IMG/VR virus record: IMGVR_UViG_3300025392_000001
Coordinates: 1-37,376 of that record
Reading direction: 5' to 3' (one strand)
Source of the DNA: a virus
Lineage: Duplodnaviria > Caudoviricetes
Length of the DNA stretch: 37,376 nt
The notes beneath the pieces are model-generated. The model saw only the letters and a list, made by a program, of their open reading frames with translations. It was not told where the DNA came from and did not search any database. This document shows, piece by piece, positions 8,331-17,526 of the stretch. Each line of letters starts with the position of its first letter. Within the stretch, counting starts at the first letter, position 1. The translations under genes were made by a program, and so were the position numbers.

Positions 8331-11177
8331 ATGTCAGATTTTAACTCGCCATTTTTAACACAGAACGGTATCAGTGGATCAACTGCCACGGTTACTGCTC
8401 TTGTGTTTACTGATAATACGCAACAAACAACTGCATGGACTGGAACCGTTGCCGCAACCAATGTCACTGGATTAGCCACGGTAGCCACAAGCGGAAGTTA
8501 TAATGATCTAAGCAATAAGCCTAGCCTACCTAATCAAACATTAAACACTTCCAGCAATGTACAATTTAATAGTATTATTGTAAATGAAGGTCCTCCAGGT
8601 ATGGGTGGTTTGACTTTCAGCGAGCCAGGCAACGACACAGGTATCTACAGCAATGAAGATGGACAAATTGATATCTACGCTAACAATGCATTGGCTATTC
8701 AAATTGATGAAAGCGGATTAGAAATTAAAGTAGATGGCGGATTAACTTTCTATGATAATACAGCACAATACACAGCATGGACTGGATCTGTATCTACAAG
8801 CTCAGTAACTGGTCTAAGCACAATTGGTTATACAGGTAAACTAAGTGACGGCACTGGGCAAATATCTACATCAACCGTTGCTGGTCTAAGCACAATTGGT
8901 TATACAGGTAAACTAAGTGACGGCACTGGGCAAATATCTACATCAACGGTTAATGGATTATCAACCGTTGGTTATACAAACAACTACAATGATCTAATTA
9001 ACAAACCTTTTATTCCTAGTGGGTCTAGTGATCAAAATTTATATACAACTTCCAGCGTAACATTTGCAAGTTTAGGTATAACAACAGGCACTAAACTTAC
9101 ACAGACATTATCTTTAGGTGGATATCCTTTAGATCAAAATGGACAAGCATTAATTTCAGTTGGAAGTTCACAAAGTCCTAACATTATTGCCAGCAACTAT
9201 TCAAGTATATTACGCCCTAGTATTAATATTAGAGCTTATGCAGCCAACTATCCAGGCGGCACACCATCAACAGGTGGAACTGGTGTTTTAGTATTAGAAG
9301 GTGCTCGTGGAACAGGTGCAAGTCCTACGGCTACTTCATCCAGTGACACAATAGGTTCTGTTTCATTTGGTGGATATGACGGTGCTAACTGGTTAGGTAA
9401 CCAAAATACTGGTGGAGCAGTCACATTACCTCCTGGACAATTATTAGTTCAGGCTGCTGAAACATTTGCCAATAATGGAACCACTACAACCAATGCTGGC
9501 ACAAACTTAGTATTAAGATTGCAACCTCTTGGTGCTCAACTAAACAGCACCAGTCGCGTTATTCCGTTATATATTAACTGGACAGCAGGTTCAACTGCCA
9601 CTACCATACCTCCAACGATGAACATCAGTCTTGGACAAACAGGTGGCAACGGTAATCCAACACAAACTCCTTCAAGTAGTGTGGGATCATTTGGCACAGG
9701 GACAGGCGGTACAAACTTAGTTTATACACATGTTAAGAATACAATCTATGGTGTGCCTAACCAAGATAGTGCTCCAGACAACAATGGTATATTAGGTTCA
9801 AATACCATTAACTTCAGCACAAGTCGTCGCAGTGGATTCAGTGGTCGTCGTAATCCATTGTTGTCAGGTGATACGGTTTTCAGTATTGCTGGAACTGCAC
9901 AGACCGCAACCAATAGTACATTAAATGGTACTTCTATTGGTTACTTTAGTTTTGGTATGTTAGAAAATGCAACCAATACCGCAGTTGGTAGCCACGCTTA
10001 TATTGCAACGGTTCAAACTGGGACTACTATCATTTCAAACCGTGTTGATTTTAGTGATAGAGCCAATAGTTATTTTAGTGATCTACATAGATTCTCTGAT
10101 AAGACTGGGTCATTTAATGCTCTTAATATTACTACTAGTACAATTAGAGTTAATGCTCCAAGCATTACATTCCCAGATAATACGGTTCAAACAACTGCTT
10201 ACACAGGAACAGCGGCAGTAAGTTTTGTATCAATTACAGCGGCACAAACTACAACAACCAATACTTCAACACAAATTGTATTGATTAGTGATAATGGAAA
10301 TACTCCAGCATATTACAATTCAACTATTAGCAATTGGTTATACATAGGATCAAATAATATTGTTTATACACCTCCTGCTTCAACATATACCATTAACTAT
10401 CTAGTTGTTGGTGGTGGTGGTGCTGGTGGTTTTAAACGAGGTGGTGGTGGTGGTGCTGGTGGATATCAAACTGGTTCTTATACGGTTACTCCAGGTACCA
10501 CCTATACTATTACGGTAGGTGCTGGCGGTGCTGGTGGAAGTCAAACTGGAGCCAACGGAAATAGTTCAAGCATGGTTGGAACTGGCATTAGCCTAACATC
10601 AACTGGTGGTGGTAAAGGTGCTGGTGGTGGTGGTGCTGGATATGATGCAGGATCTGGAGCAAGCGGTGGTGGTGGTACTTATGTTGATGGAGGATTACGC
10701 AACTATGGTTCAGGAACTGCTGGACAAGGTTATGCAGGTGGTGCTGCCAATTCATCCTATTCAAATGCTGGAGCAGGTGGCGGTGGTGCCGCAGCCGCAG
10801 GTTCACCAACATCTGCAAACAACGCTGGTTCAAATGGCGGTAATGGTGTTCAATGGCTTGATGGAAACTATTATGCTGGTGGTGCTGGTGGTGGAGGACA
10901 ATCTTCCGCAGGCACTGGCGGTTTAGGTGGTGGTGCTAATGGACAATATGACCATTCAGGTGATAATGGTTATGCAGGAACTGCTAACACAGGTGGTGGC
11001 GGTGGCCCAGGTGGAGATTCTACACAAATTTCAGGTAATGGTGGTAGTGGTGTAGTTGTTATTCAAGTATTAACTTCACATGCAGGATCTATTTCAACAA
11101 CAGGTTCTCCTACAATAACTACAGCAGGTTCTTATACCTATTACTACTTTACTGGTAGCGGAACATTTACATCATAA
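8331..11177 (+). CDS. Second tail fibre with C-terminal glycine-rich domain
   Basis: 948 aa, shares repeat modules with fibre 1. C-terminal YLVVGGGGAGG...GGSGVVVI...YYYFTGSGTFT is a glycine-rich domain. Confidence 0.8.
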   Translation: MSDFNSPFLTQNGISGSTATVTALVFTDNTQQTTAWTGTVAATNVTGLATVATSGSYNDLSNKPSLPNQTLNTSSNVQFNSIIVNEGPPGMGGLTFSEPGNDTGIYSNEDGQIDIYANNALAIQIDESGLEIKVDGGLTFYDNTAQYTAWTGSVSTSSVTGLSTIGYTGKLSDGTGQISTSTVAGLSTIGYTGKLSDGTGQISTSTVNGLSTVGYTNNYNDLINKPFIPSGSSDQNLYTTSSVTFASLGITTGTKLTQTLSLGGYPLDQNGQALISVGSSQSPNIIASNYSSILRPSINIRAYAANYPGGTPSTGGTGVLVLEGARGTGASPTATSSSDTIGSVSFGGYDGANWLGNQNTGGAVTLPPGQLLVQAAETFANNGTTTTNAGTNLVLRLQPLGAQLNSTSRVIPLYINWTAGSTATTIPPTMNISLGQTGGNGNPTQTPSSSVGSFGTGTGGTNLVYTHVKNTIYGVPNQDSAPDNNGILGSNTINFSTSRRSGFSGRRNPLLSGDTVFSIAGTAQTATNSTLNGTSIGYFSFGMLENATNTAVGSHAYIATVQTGTTIISNRVDFSDRANSYFSDLHRFSDKTGSFNALNITTSTIRVNAPSITFPDNTVQTTAYTGTAAVSFVSITAAQTTTTNTSTQIVLISDNGNTPAYYNSTISNWLYIGSNNIVYTPPASTYTINYLVVGGGGAGGFKRGGGGGAGGYQTGSYTVTPGTTYTITVGAGGAGGSQTGANGNSSSMVGTGISLTSTGGGKGAGGGGAGYDAGSGASGGGGTYVDGGLRNYGSGTAGQGYAGGAANSSYSNAGAGGGGAAAAGSPTSANNAGSNGGNGVQWLDGNYYAGGAGGGGQSSAGTGGLGGGANGQYDHSGDNGYAGTANTGGGGGPGGDSTQISGNGGSGVVVIQVLTSHAGSISTTGSPTITTAGSYTYYYFTGSGTFTS
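8809..8947 (+). repeat. Near-tandem exact 67-bp duplication with 72-bp (24-aa) period
   Basis: 8809-8875 is identical to 8881-8947. Confidence 0.9.
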
Positions 11178-11187
11178 GGAAAGATTA

Positions 11188-11547
11188 ATGGCACATTTTG
11201 CAGAATTAGATCAAAATAATGTTGTCACCCGCGTGGTGTCTATTAATACATTGGTCTGTTTAAATTCATTAGGACAAGAAGTTGAAGAAATAGGAAAAAC
11301 ATTTTGTCAAAATCTTTTTAATACACCTAATTGGGTACAGACCAGTTATAATAATAAAATAAGAAAACATTTTGCTAGGGCTGGTTATACTTACAACAGC
11401 GGATTAGATGCTTTTATTCCACCACAACCTTACGCAAGTTGGACATTAGATTCAAACACATGTGATTGGGTTAGTCCAGTTCCTTATCCAACAGATGGAA
11501 AAGATTATAAATGGAATGAAGCAACACTTTCATGGAATGAAGTTTAA
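11188..11547 (+). CDS. Tail-fibre-associated small protein (MAHFAEL family, possible fibre chaperone)
   Basis: MAHFAELD...WVQTSYN...RKHFA-x-x-GYTY...DAFIPPQPY-x-SW; this family commonly follows glycine-rich fibre genes. Confidence 0.7.
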   Translation: MAHFAELDQNNVVTRVVSINTLVCLNSLGQEVEEIGKTFCQNLFNTPNWVQTSYNNKIRKHFARAGYTYNSGLDAFIPPQPYASWTLDSNTCDWVSPVPYPTDGKDYKWNEATLSWNEV

Positions 11548-11561
11548 GATAAGGAAAACAA

Positions 11562-13469
11562 ATGACAATACAAGTAGTTAAAGTCCCCTTAGCCAAAATG
11601 AGTTTTACTCCTGATGTGCCTTCAGCGGCCTTGGGACCTAACGAATATAATGCAGGTAAGAATGTTGAAACAGATGTTCGTGGCATTCGCTCAGTGGCAG
11701 GTGATCAAGAAATATTAAATTATGTTCCAGGAACTCCTAACTATGTTACTGGCGGTTATCGCTTAGGTGGTCAATGGTGGTTTGTGGTTGCCACTGATGA
11801 AGGACACTGGTGGGCCAGCAATGGTGGTGCTTGGCAAGACATTACACCTAATGTAGGTGATTTTTCTGGTTACAATCAAGCCACTAACATTACTGAATCA
11901 TGGAACGGAACCGTTTTATTCTTAAACGATGAACACAATCCTCCAATGTTCTGGCCTGATGTTGCAGGTGCTGTTCTTGTAATGTATAGCAATCAAGTTC
12001 CACTAAGCATCAATACCATTACAAATACAAGCCTAACAACAAGAACAATTTCATTTGATAACAACGGCACACCTCCTTTTCAGGTTGGTGGATACATCAG
12101 CGTAAGTGGTGTGGATCCTCGTTATTATGATGGCGTTTTCAGTGTAACCAGTTGCACTAACACATCTGTCACTTATAAAGATAACACGGTTGGTCCTTAC
12201 AATGGCGGCGGAACCGTTGCTCCAAATTACACATGGAATTACAATCCTAATTGGTCCAGCGTATATGCCAAGTTTATGCGTATGTACAATACACCTAATG
12301 TGGGATCTATCTTAGTTGCAGGTAATTTAACAGCCACTCCTGTGACAACTTCAACGCAAGAAGTCTATCCTGTTACAATTCAATGGTCGCAGGCGTTTGG
12401 TCTTAACCAAGCACCTACTACATGGACACCAACCGTAGTCAATGTGGCCAACCAGTTAGAAGTTCCCCTAAGAGGACAGGCCCTTGATGCTTTCCCTTGC
12501 AATGGACAATTCTTCTTGTGTTCATATTGGGATACCGTTGTATTCAGTCCGTTGAACTATTCAACAACATCAGCACCTATTCTGGGTGTTCGTCAGTTTA
12601 ACCAAGGTCGTGGACTATTAAGTTCTAACTGCTGGGCCAACACAGACAAATTAGTCTATGGAGTTGATGCTCGTGATATTTGGGTATTTGATGGACAAGA
12701 CTTCCAAGGTATTGGTAATCAGCGTGTTAAGAATTGGTTCTACAATGAATTAGCTCCGCAATACTATGATCGTGTGTATATGCAAACAAACACACAAAAA
12801 TCACAGATTGAAATTTACTATCCAGATAGCAACGCAGAAAATGGCGTGCCTAACAAGATGCTAAGTTATCGTTATGACATTGATTGTTGGAATGCTCCAC
12901 GAGATATTGACAGCGGCACATTTGCCTGTGAAAGTCCTGTATGGAGCGGAACAAACACGGTCAACACAGGAACTCGTTGCGTAGTTTATGCTCGCGGTTG
13001 CACTAATCAAAAGTTATTACAAAAAGATCAAGGATTCTATTTCTTAAATTGTGATGATCTAGTTCCTGGACAAAGTGATATATTACCAATTGCCAGTGAG
13101 TTCCGCAGAGACAACATTAAAATATTGCCTAACTATACCAGCAAACTAATGGTACATCGTGTATTACCTGAAGTTGTTAACCTAGGTGCTGATTTAAATG
13201 TTGCCAATGAATTACCATTATATCCTGCTCCTGGATTTGTCACGGTAACCGTTGAAGGTGCTAACTCTGTTGGTTCCACTGCCACAGCAATTACTCCAGT
13301 CACCCTTGCAGTTGATGCTAATGGTAATCCTGGACAAGATCCTTGGGCACAGATCAATCAAAACGCATTCCGTGTTAATACTTTAAGTTTAAGTAATTCA
13401 AGCACTAGCACTATCTGGCATTGCTCTGCTACTACATGGCAAATCGCACAAGTTGAAGAGGATCGTTAA
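11562..13469 (+). CDS. Tail nozzle / stabilisation protein (P22 gp10 / T7 gp12-like)
   Basis: 635 aa, beta-rich. Motifs 'IQWSQAFG...WTP...ANQLE', 'DIWVFDGQ' and 'EIYYP...PNKMLSYRY...W'; position in the tail module. Confidence 0.7.
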   Translation: MTIQVVKVPLAKMSFTPDVPSAALGPNEYNAGKNVETDVRGIRSVAGDQEILNYVPGTPNYVTGGYRLGGQWWFVVATDEGHWWASNGGAWQDITPNVGDFSGYNQATNITESWNGTVLFLNDEHNPPMFWPDVAGAVLVMYSNQVPLSINTITNTSLTTRTISFDNNGTPPFQVGGYISVSGVDPRYYDGVFSVTSCTNTSVTYKDNTVGPYNGGGTVAPNYTWNYNPNWSSVYAKFMRMYNTPNVGSILVAGNLTATPVTTSTQEVYPVTIQWSQAFGLNQAPTTWTPTVVNVANQLEVPLRGQALDAFPCNGQFFLCSYWDTVVFSPLNYSTTSAPILGVRQFNQGRGLLSSNCWANTDKLVYGVDARDIWVFDGQDFQGIGNQRVKNWFYNELAPQYYDRVYMQTNTQKSQIEIYYPDSNAENGVPNKMLSYRYDIDCWNAPRDIDSGTFACESPVWSGTNTVNTGTRCVVYARGCTNQKLLQKDQGFYFLNCDDLVPGQSDILPIASEFRRDNIKILPNYTSKLMVHRVLPEVVNLGADLNVANELPLYPAPGFVTVTVEGANSVGSTATAITPVTLAVDANGNPGQDPWAQINQNAFRVNTLSLSNSSTSTIWHCSATTWQIAQVEEDR

Positions 13470-14401
13470 TGAGTCAATATCCAGTTAATACTGAACAAGG
13501 TCTATATGATGCAGTTAACTATTTGGCATCAGGTCCCAGTGGCCTGGGCCAAAACTTTGCTGGATTCAGTTCTTACACTCCTTCATATGTGCGTGGAACA
13601 TTTCGCCAACCATTTACCGTGGCTACAACTGCTACAACAAGTCCTCCTAAATGGTATATTGCACCCATTACGGTAACTGGAGCAACAATATTAGGTAATG
13701 CCACTGGCACTAATACTTCTACCAATTATCAAATATCTTTTACTCCTCAAGCAACTATTCCATTTGCCGCAGGTGATAGTGCTAACCCAGAAGGCATTGT
13801 AGATACATTATATGGAAGCGGCAGCAACTTTAATGGAACTGCCACTATATTAAGTGGAACTACCAGCACGGTTATCTTTCAAACTAATAGTTCATATGAT
13901 TTTGGTACCTATGTCAGTGGCGGAACTATTACTAAAAATAACATTAATAATTTTGTTTCTACTGATTGTAATGCCCGCGTGGTTGTAACTGGTCCTACTG
14001 ACCGTGTTTTTATTAGCAGTCAATTATCATTGAATTTTACATATAGTTGCACTACATCCAGTGCCTTTGATCTTGTTGTGGCAATCAATCGTTATGTGCC
14101 AACTTCAAATGCACCATTGGCACAAGGAACTGATTATGCCTTTGTGTTTGATCAAACAATTAGCCAAACGGTCACACATTATTCAACCAGCACAGCAGGC
14201 ACCTTCAGCGTAAACGGTGGGCAGAATATCTTTACAACCGTATTGGACCAACCAAGTTATGGATATTATTGGTATATCTGTGAAATCAGTTTCAATACCA
14301 TAGTTCCTGGAACTACATCAACCCATTATACAGGTAATGCAGAACCAGGAACATTCACGGTAGGATTAAGAAGTTTGACCGCACAGGTAGTTAAACAATA
14401 A
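13469..14401 (+). CDS. Putative virion (tail) protein
   Basis: 310 aa, T/S-rich beta protein, TAATG-coupled to the upstream gene. Confidence 0.6.
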   Translation: MSQYPVNTEQGLYDAVNYLASGPSGLGQNFAGFSSYTPSYVRGTFRQPFTVATTATTSPPKWYIAPITVTGATILGNATGTNTSTNYQISFTPQATIPFAAGDSANPEGIVDTLYGSGSNFNGTATILSGTTSTVIFQTNSSYDFGTYVSGGTITKNNINNFVSTDCNARVVVTGPTDRVFISSQLSLNFTYSCTTSSAFDLVVAINRYVPTSNAPLAQGTDYAFVFDQTISQTVTHYSTSTAGTFSVNGGQNIFTTVLDQPSYGYYWYICEISFNTIVPGTTSTHYTGNAEPGTFTVGLRSLTAQVVKQ

Positions 14402-14418
14402 GGATCTTGCATATTCGC

Positions 14419-14424
14419 TAAATA
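14419..14424 (+). promoter_or_regulatory. TAAATA late-promoter-like motif
   Basis: gcTAAATAc in a 48-nt intergenic gap upstream of the GNAT gene. Confidence 0.5.
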
Positions 14425-14449
14425 CGCTTAAGAAATGTATTGAGGCGAT

Positions 14450-14908
14450 ATGCTAGAATTTAGAAATGAAGCGTTTGATGACGCACTAATTGAAGAATTA
14501 AAACCTTTAACTAGGCGTCATTATGAAGAAGTAGCATTAGATAAAGATCAGGTTTTATTAGATCCTGATTGGGACAAATACAAAAGGTTAGTAGCATTGG
14601 GATTTGTCATGTTTATAGGTGCTAGAGATAGTGGTAAATTAGTTGGTTATAGTTTGTTTATAATGGCAGATATGATACATTATAAAACAACCAAAGTGGC
14701 TGACAATGATGTGTTATATCTAAGTCCTGAATATAGGCAAGGTATGGCAGGTATTAAGATGATTAAGTTTTGTGAAGCAGAACTTAAACGGTTAGGAATA
14801 AAGAAAATTCTTTGGCATGTGAAAGCAGCCAAAGATTTTAGAAAGATATTATATCGTATGAATTATCATGATGAAGATATGATTCTAAGTAAAATTTTAA
14901 AGGATTAG
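14450..14908 (+). CDS. GNAT-family acetyltransferase
   Basis: LYLSPEYRQGMAGIKMIKFCEAELKRLG is the acetyl-CoA-binding motif A; sits between tail and ejection genes as in many podoviruses. Confidence 0.8.
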   Translation: MLEFRNEAFDDALIEELKPLTRRHYEEVALDKDQVLLDPDWDKYKRLVALGFVMFIGARDSGKLVGYSLFIMADMIHYKTTKVADNDVLYLSPEYRQGMAGIKMIKFCEAELKRLGIKKILWHVKAAKDFRKILYRMNYHDEDMILSKILKD

Positions 14909-14911
14909 AAT

Positions 14912-16096
14912 ATGGGAATTAGTGCCGTTGTTGCTGCCGTTACAGATGCTGTCGCTACTGATGCGGTTGTTGCTACCGTAGCAGATGTAGCCACAACTGC
15001 TGTGGCTGATGTTGCTGTTAGCGATGCAGTGGGAGCAGCCGTTACAGATGCTGTGGCCGCTGGTGCTACTGATGCAGGTGTAGCCGCCGCCGCTGATGCC
15101 GCTGGAACTGCTGCCGCTGATGCTGCCGCAACTGGGGCTACTACTGATGCTGCCGCGGCTGCTGGTGCTGATGCAGGTGCCTCTACTACAGCAGTTGAAA
15201 CAGGGGCTGTTGCTCCAACTGCTGATACTACTGCTGCCGCTGTTGCACCAGTTACTGATGCAAATGGTTTAACTATTTTAGATCAACAACAAACAGCAGA
15301 ATTAATGAAAAATGTTGATCCTAATTTAATCAATAGTCTGCAACCAGTAGAAGGTGCTACAGAAGGTGCCGCTGTTCCAGAAAGCACCGTAGCCAATGTT
15401 GAAGTTACACCTGAAGGCGATGTAGTTAATGGTGTGCAAACTGGTGCTAATCCAACAGAAGCAGTAAGTCCAACTACAGGACCAGTTACTGATGCAAATG
15501 GTAATGTTCTTGCTGATGCAGGTGGTCCAGGACAAGCACCAGTTTATGATGCAAATCCAGTTCCAGCCGCAGGAGCAGGCACAGCAGATCCAACACTGGG
15601 AACTGCATTGGGCCATTATGCTGATGCAGTGGCTGGTAGTTTAGGCACCGCTGGATTAGTTGGTGCTGGGGCATTAGGTGCTGCCATGTTAAGCGGAGCA
15701 TTAGCTCCAACACCTAGCCTAAGTGGCAATGTAGGATCTGGCAGCGTAAACTATACATGGGGACAAGGAACACCTTTACAATCAGGTGGATTGAATCCAG
15801 GATACATTGGCGGAGCCGCAAGCATACCTTATTACAATACTGGCAATCCAACAGATGCACAATATTATTGGGGTGTACATGCCCCAGTAAACACAGCCGC
15901 AGATCTAGCAAATTACAATCAACAGGCAGGTGCTCCTGCAACTCCTTGGGGAGCTGGTGCACACGCAGTAGGTGGGCAAGGACAATTCAATCCTGCTAAC
16001 TTTGTAAATCAATATATTTTAAATCCAGGTTGGACAGGTGTTAACAATGCCACAAGCCCTGGATACACAGGGCCAGCCGTGCCAGTCAAAGGATAA
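14912..16096 (+). CDS. Ala/Thr/Asp-rich internal virion (ejection) protein
   Basis: Low-complexity Ala-rich N-terminus, hydrophobic Gly/Ala segment (GTAGLVGAGALGAAMLSGAL), position. Confidence 0.55.
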   Translation: MGISAVVAAVTDAVATDAVVATVADVATTAVADVAVSDAVGAAVTDAVAAGATDAGVAAAADAAGTAAADAAATGATTDAAAAAGADAGASTTAVETGAVAPTADTTAAAVAPVTDANGLTILDQQQTAELMKNVDPNLINSLQPVEGATEGAAVPESTVANVEVTPEGDVVNGVQTGANPTEAVSPTTGPVTDANGNVLADAGGPGQAPVYDANPVPAAGAGTADPTLGTALGHYADAVAGSLGTAGLVGAGALGAAMLSGALAPTPSLSGNVGSGSVNYTWGQGTPLQSGGLNPGYIGGAASIPYYNTGNPTDAQYYWGVHAPVNTAADLANYNQQAGAPATPWGAGAHAVGGQGQFNPANFVNQYILNPGWTGVNNATSPGYTGPAVPVKG

Positions 16097-16101
16097 AAAA
16101 C

Positions 16102-16746
16102 ATGGGACAACCAATTAGCCAAGTAGCACAAGCAGTACAAGGTGCAAACACACCAATAGCAACGCCAGGTGGAAATGCTCCTGGAACAAATCCAGGAATG
16201 ATAGGACAATTTGATGAGAATGGAAATTTAATTCCAGGAACTGGGGGCATAGGAAATCCTAATGGACCTGGTGGATCAGCTCCAGGTGCAGGTGGTAAAG
16301 GTGGATTGCCAGGTCCAGTAAATGGTCCATTACAACCAGGTATTGTGCCAGGGCAAACAACTCCAGGTGCAGGTGGCAAATTGGGTCCAGGAATGAATAT
16401 GCCTATTCCAGGTCAACCAAGCACACCACAACCTAACTTACCAAGTTCTCCTCAAATGATGACACCACAAAGTGGAACACCAGGTCGTCCTGTTCCATCT
16501 ACACCATTTACTCCAAGAGGTCCTGGTTATGCTAATCCAGGTGGTGCAGGAGTTGTTCCACATCCAGCAGGACAAGTTCCAGGCGTACCAGGTCCAGTAA
16601 ATGGTCCATTACAGCCAGGCATACTAACTAATCCACAAGGACAAAACGCACCACTAACTGGCAACTTCCAACCTGGTGGTTATAATACGCAAAGACCTAA
16701 TGTAGCATCAGTTCGCGGAGCAGGTCGCGGTGGATTGCTAAGGTAA
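16102..16746 (+). CDS. Pro/Gly-rich disordered protein, probably virion-associated
   Basis: 214 aa, RBS AAGGA, duplicated PGPVNGPLQPGI and PGAGGK. Confidence 0.6.
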   Translation: MGQPISQVAQAVQGANTPIATPGGNAPGTNPGMIGQFDENGNLIPGTGGIGNPNGPGGSAPGAGGKGGLPGPVNGPLQPGIVPGQTTPGAGGKLGPGMNMPIPGQPSTPQPNLPSSPQMMTPQSGTPGRPVPSTPFTPRGPGYANPGGAGVVPHPAGQVPGVPGPVNGPLQPGILTNPQGQNAPLTGNFQPGGYNTQRPNVASVRGAGRGGLLR

Positions 16747-16770
16747 TCTTAGGGTAAATCCTAAAACGAA

Positions 16771-16776
16771 TAAATA
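16771..16776 (+). promoter_or_regulatory. TAAATA late-promoter-like motif
   Basis: aaTAAATAg after a small hairpin (ttagggtaaatcctaa), 18 nt before ATG 16795. Confidence 0.55.
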
Positions 16777-16794
16777 GAATAAAAGGAAACGAAT

Positions 16795-17517
16795 ATGTCA
16801 TTTGGAAAAGGTGGTGGTACTACTACAACAATCCCAACATTAAGTCCTGAGCAGAACGCACAAATTGCGGCGCAGACTAAGTTCTTTACGAACACAATAG
16901 GGCCGCAGTATCAGCAATATGCTAATGCCTTATCTAATCAATATAACAATTCAGTTGGCGGCGTAAACAATGCCGCACAAAACCTAGCGGGCACAGCCGC
17001 ACAAGCACAAAATACATTAGGATCAACTGGTGAAAGTGCATTGAGAACAGGTGTAAGTGGTTTAGAAAACTTATTTGGCAATGATTATGAAAATCAACAA
17101 GTGCAGGCCGCATTGATGCCAGCACAAGCACAATACGCACAAAACATGGCTAACCAGGCTGCACAATTTGGTGGTAGTGGTCAATTAGGTAGTGCTCGTG
17201 ATGCTCTTGCACAAGCTCAAACAGCAGGTGCTACACAGGCCGCACAAATGCAAGCAGCCGCAAATGTAGAGCAACAAATTGCCCAACAAAGATTAGCCGC
17301 TGGACAAAGTCTTGCAGGTCTTGGTCAGGGTGGTATTGGACAAGCATTGGGTGCCGCTGGTCAAGGTGTATCAGCAAGCCAGATTCCATTAAACTTTATG
17401 AATCAATATGGAGCGGCATTAGGTCTAGTTCCTGGTGCTACATATAGTCCTAACTTTGCTGGCACACAAGGATCAACAACAAATCAAAGTTCAAACAACT
17501 TTGGTATCAAGATTTAA
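16795..17517 (+). CDS. Ejection / DNA-transfer protein
   Basis: MSFGKGGGTTT start, Q/A/G-rich helices and 'GGSGQLGSARDALA', typical of podovirus pilot/ejection proteins. Confidence 0.65.
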   Translation: MSFGKGGGTTTTIPTLSPEQNAQIAAQTKFFTNTIGPQYQQYANALSNQYNNSVGGVNNAAQNLAGTAAQAQNTLGSTGESALRTGVSGLENLFGNDYENQQVQAALMPAQAQYAQNMANQAAQFGGSGQLGSARDALAQAQTAGATQAAQMQAAANVEQQIAQQRLAAGQSLAGLGQGGIGQALGAAGQGVSASQIPLNFMNQYGAALGLVPGATYSPNFAGTQGSTTNQSSNNFGIKI

Positions 17518-17526
17518 GGAACTCAA

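Noticed and set aside
4236-8947. Tail fibre repeats as a CRISPR array or DGR TR/VR pair
   Set aside because: They are in-frame coding repeats with irregular spacing, and no cas or reverse transcriptase gene is present.
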